Source: Candidatus Omnitrophota bacterium
GTDB taxonomy: Bacteria; Omnitrophota; Gorgyraeia; 2-01-FULL-45-10
Length of the DNA: 64,000 bases
Reading direction: 5' to 3'
NCBI GenBank assembly: GCA_016929115.1
Contig: JAFGJL010000010.1
Coordinates: forward strand, 331-64,330
In this document: positions 17,865 through 26,506 of the stretch, piece by piece
How positions within the stretch are numbered: position 1 is the stretch's first letter
How the letters are laid out: each line of letters opens with the position of its first letter
Translations under genes and position numbers: made by a program
The notes under the pieces: model-generated
What the model saw: only the letters and a program-made list of their open reading frames with translations
Databases searched by the model: none
Told to the model about the DNA's origin: nothing

Positions 17865-18808
17865 TTTACCTTCTCCTCCACCACGTAAATGGTCCTTCTG
17901 GTCGTTTCGTAATATATCCGCACGCTCAGTTCCGCGAGTAGGCCCATGAATATTATCTGGGTCCCCAGGATGAATGAGAATACGGATAAGAGCAAAAGCG
18001 GGTTCCTATGCACCCACAGCCCCAATATCACTTTCTGGGCAAGCGTTACGAACCCGCAGACCGTACCGACCGCTATCAGCAGCACCCCCCAACCGCCAAA
18101 AAAATACAACGGGCTCGTGGAGGAGTTGCCCAAAAGGAACTTTACGGTAATAAGATCGAATATAACTTTAAGCGTCCTATTGATGCCGTATTTGGACTTG
18201 CCCCACCTGCGTCCCCTGTGGTTCACCTCTATCTCCACTATCTTCCCGCCCATCCAATATACGTAAACAGGTATGAAGCGGTGCATCTCACCGTAAAGGT
18301 TCACATTCTTCAGGACGTCCCGCCTGTACATCTTGAGCGTGCACCCGTAATCATGCAACTTCAATCCGGTAAGCGCCGATATTATGCGGTTGGCTATCAT
18401 CGAGGGAAGGCGCCTGCTCAAAAAAGGCTCCTTCCTTTTCCTGCGCCATCCGTTGACAAGGTCATAACCTTCATCCATCTTCTTAAGGAGAAGGGCAGCG
18501 TCCCGCGGGTCGTTCTGCAGGTCCGCGTCCATCGTCATCACGTATTTGCCCTGGGCGTGGTCGATGCCGGCAGCAATGGCGGAGGTCTGCCCGAAATTCC
18601 TCCTTAAGAGGACCGCCTTCACCTTGCTATCCGCCTTGGCCAGGCCCCTTATCAGGTCCCTGCTCTTATCGATACTACCGTCATCGACGAATATGATCTC
18701 GTAAGGATTGTTTATCGCGGAAAAGACTTCCCGCAATTCATCGTAAAGCACGGGAATGTTCTGCTCTTCATTGTAGACCGGGATCACGACCGATATCATC
18801 TCGCTCAT
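17858..18808 (-). CDS. GT2 polyprenyl-phosphate sugar synthase (GtrB/ArnC/CsbB-like) with C-terminal TM helices
   Basis: ISVVIPVYNEEQNI...FVDDGSIDKS...TMDADLQNDP plus two C-terminal TM segments. The start is set at ATG 18808, with a verified ATGA overlap. Confidence 0.8.
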   Translation of the reverse strand: MSEMISVVIPVYNEEQNIPVLYDELREVFSAINNPYEIIFVDDGSIDKSRDLIRGLAKADSKVKAVLLRRNFGQTSAIAAGIDHAQGKYVMTMDADLQNDPRDAALLLKKMDEGYDLVNGWRRKRKEPFLSRRLPSMIANRIISALTGLKLHDYGCTLKMYRRDVLKNVNLYGEMHRFIPVYVYWMGGKIVEIEVNHRGRRWGKSKYGINRTLKVIFDLITVKFLLGNSSTSPLYFFGGWGVLLIAVGTVCGFVTLAQKVILGLWVHRNPLLLLSVFSFILGTQIIFMGLLAELSVRIYYETTRRTIYVVEEKVNC

Positions 18809-20673
18809 ATCCACCCCTTCCACCAATAATAGGCTATCCCTATATATTCATGCACTATGCCTTTTATCTGGCCGAAACTTATCTGCCGGTGAAAAAACGG
18901 GATATCCTCATGCGCGTAGAATGCGCTCCTGGGCACCGGCGTGTAGGCGATCTTCATGTCGCCGGCATACTTCTCAAAGACAAGGGATAAGCGCTTCATG
19001 TGGTAAGGCGAGCTTACAAGCAATGCGCTGCGCCACTTGTTCGCCAGCATAATCTCCCTGGTCTGTTCCACGTTCTGATAAGTATTCGCCGATTTGTCAT
19101 CCAGGATTATATCTTTTGCAGACACGCCAAGCGCTACGGCCAGGGCCTTCATCACAAGTGTCTCTTTGAACACATACGTATAACCGGAAGAGAACACGAT
19201 ATGGCCGGCGTAACCCTTTTTATAAAGTTCTACGGCATACTGGACCCTCTCCTCATACCCCTGCCCGGCCTTGCCTGATTCCCCCACCCCGCCTCCGAGC
19301 ACTACAATAGCGTCAGCCTTCTGCGGCTGATCGGCTATGGCAAGCGGCCCGGCCAGGAACCACATTAGAGGCGTATAGAACAAAAGCAGGTACAGCGCCA
19401 GCCCTGCTGAGAGGGCCTTCAAGGCCCCACGCCTTGTGTTCTTATATAACAGCAGGAACTTCTCCTGCCAGTTCGCGGAAGGGGCTTTCTTCTTCCTCTC
19501 GATGGCGCTTTCCATTAGAGCGCTCATGCGCTCTATGCGCTCGTTCCAACTGTTCTTTTTTGCGAGTTCCATTCTCTGCCCCGAGATCTTCCCGTGATCG
19601 CAAGCGAGCGCCTTTTCGACAAGCTTGACAAATTCTTCCCGCGTCCTGGCTATCGCCGTAAGACAGCTACCCTGCTCATTCATGGCCTCTACCTCGGGAA
19701 GGGCCGTGGAAACAACGGGCTTGCCCATTATATGGTATTCGTTCAGCTTGGATGGATAAACGGTTTCCGTGTAACCCGAGACAAGATAGGGTATTGTGCA
19801 GACATCGAACCCGTTTATATACGCCGGCAGCGTATTGAACTCCTTCTTTCCCAGCGCAAAGACGTTCGGCATAGCGTCTATCTGGGACGTATCGGTCTGT
19901 TTCGGCCCAACCAGCACTATGGACCATTCCGGATGGCTCGCGGCCATGTAGTGGATGAGGGTCATATCCACATGCTTGTGTATCCCCCCCACATAGCCGA
20001 TTATGGGCTTCTTTATCTCCTTCAATCCCTCCGCCTCGCCTTTTACGGGAGCGCTCAGGTAATCCTCGAATATCTTCGTATTGACACCGGGCGGAAAGAT
20101 GTGGACATTCGCGTTCAGCTTCCTGCACTTATCGGCGAGTACCTTTCCCTGGGCGAATATGATATCGCTCTTCTTTATCAATATCTCCTCTGTCTTCTTC
20201 AGCATTTTCGGGTTATCGGTCAATTCTTCAAAATCCGCCACGCAATCATAGACCAGGAGCTTCCTGTCAGACAGTTCATCTATGATCTCGAGCGCTATGG
20301 TGGTGGGCAGAAAAGTCCAGATGATAGGATCGTGGAACGACATAGCTTTTATCCAGCGCTTAAGCGGCTCTATCAGCAGCCGTTTATTGATCCAGCAGGC
20401 GAACCTTGAATAAGGAAAAGGCAATACGACCGGGGAATATATAAACAGGTTGCCCGATTCTTTCCTGAATCCCTTGATGCTCTTTAACCAGCTAACCACG
20501 CGCTTCTTTAAACGCATTATGTCCCTGAACCCGGGCTTGCGGACGCCTGTATTCTCTATGAAAAGTACCCTGTTGCCGTTCTTCGCAAAGGTCGACATTA
20601 TCTCCTGGTGGCTCTGCCAGACAAAGTCCCAGTCTATGGAGGATATGCATATTATGTTCTCGTTCTTACGCAT
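18805..20673 (-). CDS. Fusion protein: GT4-like glycosyltransferase (N) + DUF218 / YdcF-ElyC-SanA family domain (C)
   Basis: The GT-B region is GYVGGIHKHVDMT...GKPVVSTALPEV. The C-terminal region has ADAIVVLGGGV...SSGYT...NTYQNVEQT...LVSSPYHMKR, which is characteristic of DUF218. Length is 622 aa. Confidence 0.7.
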   Translation of the reverse strand: MRKNENIICISSIDWDFVWQSHQEIMSTFAKNGNRVLFIENTGVRKPGFRDIMRLKKRVVSWLKSIKGFRKESGNLFIYSPVVLPFPYSRFACWINKRLLIEPLKRWIKAMSFHDPIIWTFLPTTIALEIIDELSDRKLLVYDCVADFEELTDNPKMLKKTEEILIKKSDIIFAQGKVLADKCRKLNANVHIFPPGVNTKIFEDYLSAPVKGEAEGLKEIKKPIIGYVGGIHKHVDMTLIHYMAASHPEWSIVLVGPKQTDTSQIDAMPNVFALGKKEFNTLPAYINGFDVCTIPYLVSGYTETVYPSKLNEYHIMGKPVVSTALPEVEAMNEQGSCLTAIARTREEFVKLVEKALACDHGKISGQRMELAKKNSWNERIERMSALMESAIERKKKAPSANWQEKFLLLYKNTRRGALKALSAGLALYLLLFYTPLMWFLAGPLAIADQPQKADAIVVLGGGVGESGKAGQGYEERVQYAVELYKKGYAGHIVFSSGYTYVFKETLVMKALAVALGVSAKDIILDDKSANTYQNVEQTREIMLANKWRSALLVSSPYHMKRLSLVFEKYAGDMKIAYTPVPRSAFYAHEDIPFFHRQISFGQIKGIVHEYIGIAYYWWKGWI

Positions 20674-20836
20674 CGGCCTTATACCCCCACACGATCCGGC
20701 TCAGCTGAAATTAAAAAGCATCGGTTAGGCTTATTACGCATGTTTTGTATATGATCTATATATCAGACTTATATTGTTATATTACAGGGAAGGAGGTATT
20801 ATAATATAATATTGATATATAAGCAAGGAGATGTAA
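20674..20836 (-). promoter_or_regulatory. 163-bp AT-rich intergenic island; candidate promoter TTGCTT-N17-TATAAT on the coding (minus) strand
   Basis: Base composition drops sharply. The minus strand reads ttgcttatatatcaatattatattataat. The gene 18805..20673 follows with a GGGGG SD. Confidence 0.4.
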
Positions 20837-21922
20837 TTAGGGGATAATTATATTCTTATTCTGAAGGTAAGTCAAGGCATCCTTTATGCGGTGATGCCAG
20901 GTATGGCTTTCCAGGACCTTTTCCTTACCTTTTTCTATCATTAAACGGCGCTTTTCCGGATTATCCAGATAGAACCTTACCTGCCTCTTCAGGTCAACAA
21001 GGTCTTTATAATACGCTATCTCCTTCCCGGGCTTAAAAAGCCTGTCCATCTCCGGCTTATAATCCGTCAATTCGAACGCGCCGCAGGCAGGTATGTCGAA
21101 GGTCCTGGTATTGACCCCTTCCCTGCCTTCCGGAGTATGGATATTCAATACGATCTTTGAAGACCTGTAAAGTTTCAGGACCTTCTCGCCCACGGCCTTG
21201 CCCTTGTAATAATCAGGCGTCTTTTTGAGCCTCAGCCAATGCCATTTGTCCCATCCGTCGCCAAAGACGCCAAGCCTGAATTCCCGGAGACTGTCCAGGA
21301 CCTCTACGCGGTTGTATAACGGCGATCCGACGAAACAGATATCATAGCCAAGCTCTCTCTGTTCTTCGGCGCTTATATCTATCTCCTTATACTGGCCTGG
21401 GCTTGTGGCGAGCGGCAGATAGCTTACATGCGATATGCCCCTTGCCGTTATCTCCCTGACGTAATACGGGTCGTGGACAAAGATGTGGTCGTACATCCGC
21501 ATGCAGTCGGCGAAATTATTCTTTCGGTATTTATCCGCGAACTGGCCCATAAAAGAATAGAAGGGGCAGTCCCATACATATGCCACGCAGGGGATCTTCA
21601 TGCCGTTCTTAATTGCCTCCAGGGTCTTCGGGTAGATCGTCTCCCCTTTGATGACGAACAAAAGATCCGGCTTTGCGTCCCTTATGAGGGATATATACTC
21701 TTCGTTATCCCTGTCCAGGTATGACTTTATAAGAGGCGTCAGGAGCGGTTCGGCTAACGGCACGCTTTTAGCGGCCTTCAAAGCGATGGATTCGGCAGGC
21801 TCCAGCCTCTTCCTGGTGTTCTTCAGGACGACCTCGAACCCGAAAGATCCGAATATCCGGCTGATCGACTTATCGATGCCGTAAAAATCCGGCGCTATGA
21901 TGAATATCTTTTTTTTAGCCAT
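20837..21922 (-). CDS. CgeB-family (Glyco_trans_1_2 / DUF3880-like) putative glycosyltransferase
   Basis: KIVLNIHTPEGREGVNTRTFDIPACGAFELTDY...FYLDNPEKRRLMIEKG resembles the CgeB-type C-terminal domain. Confidence 0.55.
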   Translation of the reverse strand: MAKKKIFIIAPDFYGIDKSISRIFGSFGFEVVLKNTRKRLEPAESIALKAAKSVPLAEPLLTPLIKSYLDRDNEEYISLIRDAKPDLLFVIKGETIYPKTLEAIKNGMKIPCVAYVWDCPFYSFMGQFADKYRKNNFADCMRMYDHIFVHDPYYVREITARGISHVSYLPLATSPGQYKEIDISAEEQRELGYDICFVGSPLYNRVEVLDSLREFRLGVFGDGWDKWHWLRLKKTPDYYKGKAVGEKVLKLYRSSKIVLNIHTPEGREGVNTRTFDIPACGAFELTDYKPEMDRLFKPGKEIAYYKDLVDLKRQVRFYLDNPEKRRLMIEKGKEKVLESHTWHHRIKDALTYLQNKNIIIP

Positions 21923-22820
21923 TCCCGGAAGCCTTTTTAAGATTTTTCATCAACTTAAGCCCCTCGGTCACGGAGAGGGGCTTTATCCCCAGTACAGCGC
22001 GCATCTTTCCGGTATGATACGAAGTATCCGACGGTCTTTTCGCCATCTCGTTGAAAAATCCCTGCTGGACCGGCATGACAAGGCCCGGATCGAACCCGAA
22101 GATGCGGGCCGCTTTTTGGATAAGGCCGTATATGCTCACCCTCTCTTTGCCGGCGATGTTGAAGGTGTCGTATCTTTCGTCTTTCACGATCTTCCATATG
22201 GCGTCGGCGCAGCTCTGGACGAAAAGCGGGTTCACGTATACGTCGTCATAGACATGCACCTTCTCGCCTTTCCGAAGCTTGGAAAGGGCGAAGGTCACTA
22301 TATTCGGCCTGGACGACGGGTTGTTCCAGCCGTACATCAGTATCGGCCTCACTATGGCGTGCGGGACACCGGTTTTTTTTGCGACCTTCTCGCCTTCCAG
22401 TTTTATCTTGCCGTAAAAGTTTATGGGTTTGGCCTTGTCGTCCTCTCGATAGGGCGCGCTCTTCCCGTCATAAATGCCGTTCGAGGATATGTATATGAAC
22501 TTTGCCCCGTAGCGCTCGCAGTTGGCGACGATATTGGCGGTGCCGCCGACGTTTATCTCGCGGGATTCCTTCTTGTGCTTTTCGGCGTGATCGGGGCTGC
22601 CCACGCCGGCCGTGTGTACCACCACGGAAGGCCTGAGCTCCCTGAAAAGACGGTCATACCCTTCCCTGTCGCGGATATCCAGCTTCCTGTATTTAACGGC
22701 GGGGGTATCCTTCGGCGGGCACTTATCCAGATACGTCGCCGTTATACCGCAACGCCGGCCCGACGTCTCGATGAGCGCCCTGCCCAAAAGCCCTGTCCCT
22801 CCCGTTATCAATATCTTCAT
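21915..22820 (-). CDS. RmlD-like NAD(P)H-dependent nucleotide-sugar reductase (dTDP-4-dehydrorhamnose reductase family)
   Basis: MKILITGGTGLLGRAL and YGKIKLEGE (YxxxK). Length of 301 aa is typical of RmlD. Confidence 0.7.
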   Translation of the reverse strand: MKILITGGTGLLGRALIETSGRRCGITATYLDKCPPKDTPAVKYRKLDIRDREGYDRLFRELRPSVVVHTAGVGSPDHAEKHKKESREINVGGTANIVANCERYGAKFIYISSNGIYDGKSAPYREDDKAKPINFYGKIKLEGEKVAKKTGVPHAIVRPILMYGWNNPSSRPNIVTFALSKLRKGEKVHVYDDVYVNPLFVQSCADAIWKIVKDERYDTFNIAGKERVSIYGLIQKAARIFGFDPGLVMPVQQGFFNEMAKRPSDTSYHTGKMRAVLGIKPLSVTEGLKLMKNLKKASGNG

Positions 22821-22835
22821 CGCATATTGCCTGGG

Positions 22836-24431
22836 TTATCTTGAAATAAAGTCCTTGACCGCTGATTTAACATCATGGTCCAATCTTTCCCGGAACCATT
22901 CGACAGCCACGGAAACACTCTCATCTTTATCGATCGCTGACGACCATCTGGAGACGCCTTTAATAAACCCGAATGATCCATGAACGCTCTCAGCCAATAA
23001 CGAAGCCTCTTTCCGGAATCCCGACCTTTTATACAGCCAGCCTAACATAAGCGCAAATCTTAAGAAGTGGAATTTGTTCGTATCCGGAGGAAAATCCTTA
23101 AGCCATTCGACATCGTCGGAAGATAATTTCATCTTCTTCGAATAAAGCATATCGATCCAAAGACTTTTAAGTATATTTTCTTTATACGCCCCTGAAACAA
23201 CTCTTTTTAATAGGGCCAGGTCTTCCCGGCCGGCCCTGCGCGTAACAAGCCCCTTGATAGCATCTTCCGCATCCGGATTGCTGTATTCTGCGGCAGATAA
23301 CCGCTCGATCACCCTGCGAGCTTTAGCTCTATACCCCATCCATGCCCAGAAGAGTGACAGGTCCGCCCACTTAATCCATTCATTACCCGCAGCTCCGGAA
23401 TCTATGACCTCTCTTATCTTGGATACGGCGTTCATAGCCGACTTTTCCGGCGGGATCGAAAGATGCGCTTCAATTAAACTGTCATAAATACCGACCCCTT
23501 TTTCATGGATGATGCTGATCACCCTGGGAACATCGGTTTCGTCCCTCACTATTATCTCGTCCAGCGAACCGTCGAATATCGTCCTGCGGCAGATCGGGAC
23601 AGGAACCACAGGTATCTTTCTCTGCATCGCGTCTATGATAACCTGGGATGTCCCCCTGTTGAAGAGGATATCAGTAACATCCAGGACCCTGTCTATGGGC
23701 GTCGGTCCGGGAGCCATCCTTGCGCGCGGGGCATAAGTTCTTAAGAATTTCATGGTCGTCGCCATGCTCTCAGCGGGATGCGGCTTGACCAGGAGCTCGT
23801 ATTCTTCCGTCAGCCCTTTTGACAAGATCTCAAGAATGCGTTTGCGCATGAAAGGCGTCTCTCCGTTAGGCGCAAGAAGGTCGAGGCTTAAGGTCGCAAC
23901 ACGCTTACTCTCGCTCAAACCAAATTCGCTCTTTGACGCTTTTTTTATAGTTTCACCCTTTTTATAACGGAATACGCCGCCTACCGTTTCTAGCGCGCTG
24001 GATGGCACCCCCAGTTTCATGAACTCGCTCTTCTCGTATTCCGAAGCAACAAAAAAATTATCAACAGGCAGGATATAATTATTCATAGCCGCCTGCGATA
24101 GCATCATCTGAGAAACCTCTTCCACAGCGATCACCGGTATCTTTCTCAAAAACGCCTCTTCCACCAGATTGCACTGCGCCGTGCGAAGCTGGGCGGTAAA
24201 AAGTATGACAGCCTTCACATCATCAAACGCCTCGCGAGATGGGCGCTGGAACAACCTGCCGCCAAACCATACCGCATCATCGCAGGACAGTTTCGCCGGA
24301 TCGGAAAACCATGAGAAATTCGGGTTGTATATCGCCCGGAAATGAAACTCCGGCATCAGCTTCTTGAATATCTGTATATTCCTGTCGTGAACAATTCCGA
24401 CCGGATTGAACAATATAACGTTTTTCTTCAT
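22836..24431 (-). CDS. Hypothetical GT-B-like protein with HP motif (TagF/KpsS/KpsC-type) plus helical C-terminal domain
   Basis: LLVKPHPAES followed by GTSQVIIDAMQRKIPVV, as in CDP-glycerol glycerophosphotransferase and capsule Kdo-transferase families. Confidence 0.45.
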   Translation of the reverse strand: MKKNVILFNPVGIVHDRNIQIFKKLMPEFHFRAIYNPNFSWFSDPAKLSCDDAVWFGGRLFQRPSREAFDDVKAVILFTAQLRTAQCNLVEEAFLRKIPVIAVEEVSQMMLSQAAMNNYILPVDNFFVASEYEKSEFMKLGVPSSALETVGGVFRYKKGETIKKASKSEFGLSESKRVATLSLDLLAPNGETPFMRKRILEILSKGLTEEYELLVKPHPAESMATTMKFLRTYAPRARMAPGPTPIDRVLDVTDILFNRGTSQVIIDAMQRKIPVVPVPICRRTIFDGSLDEIIVRDETDVPRVISIIHEKGVGIYDSLIEAHLSIPPEKSAMNAVSKIREVIDSGAAGNEWIKWADLSLFWAWMGYRAKARRVIERLSAAEYSNPDAEDAIKGLVTRRAGREDLALLKRVVSGAYKENILKSLWIDMLYSKKMKLSSDDVEWLKDFPPDTNKFHFLRFALMLGWLYKRSGFRKEASLLAESVHGSFGFIKGVSRWSSAIDKDESVSVAVEWFRERLDHDVKSAVKDFISR

Positions 24432-24434
24432 GAT

Positions 24435-25415
24435 CTAGTCATTCCATGAGGAAACGGTGTCACAGACTACCGTGCATTTTCCGCATACCGGATATTTTTC
24501 ATATTTGAAACCGCGAAAATCCTCGCGCACTTTCCTGTAGGCATCGCCATTCCATATTTCATGGATACTCTTATCCCTGACGTTCCCGATAACCTGATCC
24601 CCGTTATAATCCGGAGCGCATAAAACCACATCGCCATTTATGAGTATCACCATAACGCGCCATGGGAAAGTACAGATCCTCGCAATGTCGCCCATCTTGA
24701 TAAATGAGCGTCCGTCACCATAATTATATAGAGGAGCGATAAAAACCGAATCCCCCAATGATCTATCCAGAAAGGGGTTCACTAACTGAGTGAATTCTTT
24801 CGTCATGCACTTGTTCGTCGGGGTCCCTATATACTGTATGATGACTTTCGGGTTCTTCCTGCCGAGCTCTTTCCGCGTCTTGAAAAATACCGAGACCTTC
24901 GAAATGGTATCATTAAAATCAAGGCCGACCATCGTACTGTTATAGGTCTCCGGATCCGTACCGTAGAAGCTGAATTTCATCTCATCAAGCCCGGCCTCTA
25001 TGATCTCACGCGCTCTCGCCTCTGTGAATAACGAGCCGTTTGTTACAAAATAAGTATGGCGCATACCGCGATCTTTGGCGATCTTCACTCTTTTCGCAAG
25101 GTCTTTATCGAGAAGCGGCTCGCCAAAATTATGAAGGTGCAATCGTGTGACGTCATCGCGGTGCATCGAGACTTCTTTCATGATCTTCTCAAAAAGGCCT
25201 AAATCCATAACGCCTTGCGGCCTTGTGAGCTTCTCGCGCGGGCATATCGTGCAATGGATATTGCACCTGTTGGTATTTTCTATATAAACCTCGGGAGGAA
25301 AATCGGTGGGTTTCATAAATGGCCTTGCCGTTAAATACGAGCGTTTTTTTCTGCCATATAGAATAACGGGTTTCAATGCCCGCCACCGGTTCATATACCT
25401 GATCATGTTAACCAT
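24435..25415 (-). CDS. Radical SAM / SPASM-domain protein
   Basis: The CX3CX2C motif is CNIHCTIC, and C-terminal auxiliary-cluster cysteines are CGKCTVVC. Length is 326 aa. Confidence 0.7.
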   Translation of the reverse strand: MVNMIRYMNRWRALKPVILYGRKKRSYLTARPFMKPTDFPPEVYIENTNRCNIHCTICPREKLTRPQGVMDLGLFEKIMKEVSMHRDDVTRLHLHNFGEPLLDKDLAKRVKIAKDRGMRHTYFVTNGSLFTEARAREIIEAGLDEMKFSFYGTDPETYNSTMVGLDFNDTISKVSVFFKTRKELGRKNPKVIIQYIGTPTNKCMTKEFTQLVNPFLDRSLGDSVFIAPLYNYGDGRSFIKMGDIARICTFPWRVMVILINGDVVLCAPDYNGDQVIGNVRDKSIHEIWNGDAYRKVREDFRGFKYEKYPVCGKCTVVCDTVSSWND

Positions 25416-25424
25416 TTCAGCTCC

Positions 25425-26492
25425 TTAAAAAGTGAATCTGGACAGCCATCTCTTCGGTAAAAATTTAAAGGCGCGCAGCAGGCGTGTGTAAAAATAATGG
25501 CCATATAAAAATACGTCGAATTTCCTTGAGATAAGGCCTGATACGGAATTTTCCCTCCAAAGAATGAAGCGTATGTTACTGTCATATTCGCGCGGGAACT
25601 TTTCCGCCTTTTTGCCGGGTGAGCGCTTGAATATGCCTCTGACTTTCTCGTCGACAAATATGGGCTCGAAATTATCCATGATGCTCATGAGCGCGTTCCT
25701 CGAAAAGTGATACAGGTGAGCTATATGCAGGGAGCCGAGATAGCTCTTATCATGGCTTTTATAATAATTGGCGTTCTTTATGCTCGGGACCGAAAGGTAC
25801 AATATCCCGCCATCCTTAAGAAGGTTGAAAGCTGTCTGCACGGCCTCTTTCGGATCCACCAGGTGCTCAAGCACATGATTCATTATCAGGAAGTCAAATC
25901 GCTCGCCCGTATTTTTCACTTCGTCTATGCCGCCATGACGGAGATCCAGACCTCTGTTTATGCTGCGGCCGTACTCGAGATAACTTTTATTATAGTCGTA
26001 CCCCCGCACGTCCGCGCCATCCTCTAAAAAAGGCAGCAGTATGCCCCCCGCGGAACATCCGATCTCCATCACAGTCTTTCCCCTGAATCCCGATATATTG
26101 AGATGCCCTTTAATAAAATCTTTCATATAAACGCCGCCGGTGACCTGCGCACGGAAATGATCGGAGATATTTTCAGGCTCGGCATCCCAATAGAGGTCCT
26201 GGTACTCCCGGCTGTAAAATTCCTTAAGGACACCGCGGCTAGGTCGAGGATCGATCCGTAAAATACCGCATGACCTACATATGACCGTATTGATGGCAAA
26301 GCCGTAGCGGTCCGTTCCCGCAATAATGACATCGTCATCAGCGCCGCAAAGACAATGGCAATCCTCGAGCTTGTAATATCCCTTATCAAGCTTATCCTGA
26401 ATGGCGTCGCGCAGCGCGGTTTGGACGCTGTTCAACGGAACATGCGATCTACCGGAGAACATGAAACGGTTCGGCATTTTATAAATTGACAT
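25425..26492 (-). CDS. SAM-dependent methyltransferase with N-terminal Cys4 zinc-binding domain (sugar C-/O-methyltransferase-like)
   Basis: CHCLCG...CRSCG then MEIGCSAGG and LIMNHVLEHL. This is a paralog of 30955..31971. Confidence 0.7.
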   Translation of the reverse strand: MSIYKMPNRFMFSGRSHVPLNSVQTALRDAIQDKLDKGYYKLEDCHCLCGADDDVIIAGTDRYGFAINTVICRSCGILRIDPRPSRGVLKEFYSREYQDLYWDAEPENISDHFRAQVTGGVYMKDFIKGHLNISGFRGKTVMEIGCSAGGILLPFLEDGADVRGYDYNKSYLEYGRSINRGLDLRHGGIDEVKNTGERFDFLIMNHVLEHLVDPKEAVQTAFNLLKDGGILYLSVPSIKNANYYKSHDKSYLGSLHIAHLYHFSRNALMSIMDNFEPIFVDEKVRGIFKRSPGKKAEKFPREYDSNIRFILWRENSVSGLISRKFDVFLYGHYFYTRLLRAFKFLPKRWLSRFTF

Positions 26493-26506
26493 GATTGACC
26501 GTTTTG

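Noticed and set aside
20674-20836. Possible small RNA or small protein in the AT-rich island
   Set aside because: No convincing ORF with an RBS, and no terminator-like hairpin followed by a U-tract. The only stem-loop is AAGC-N9-GCTT+TTT (4 bp). The region is treated as a promoter or regulatory region only.
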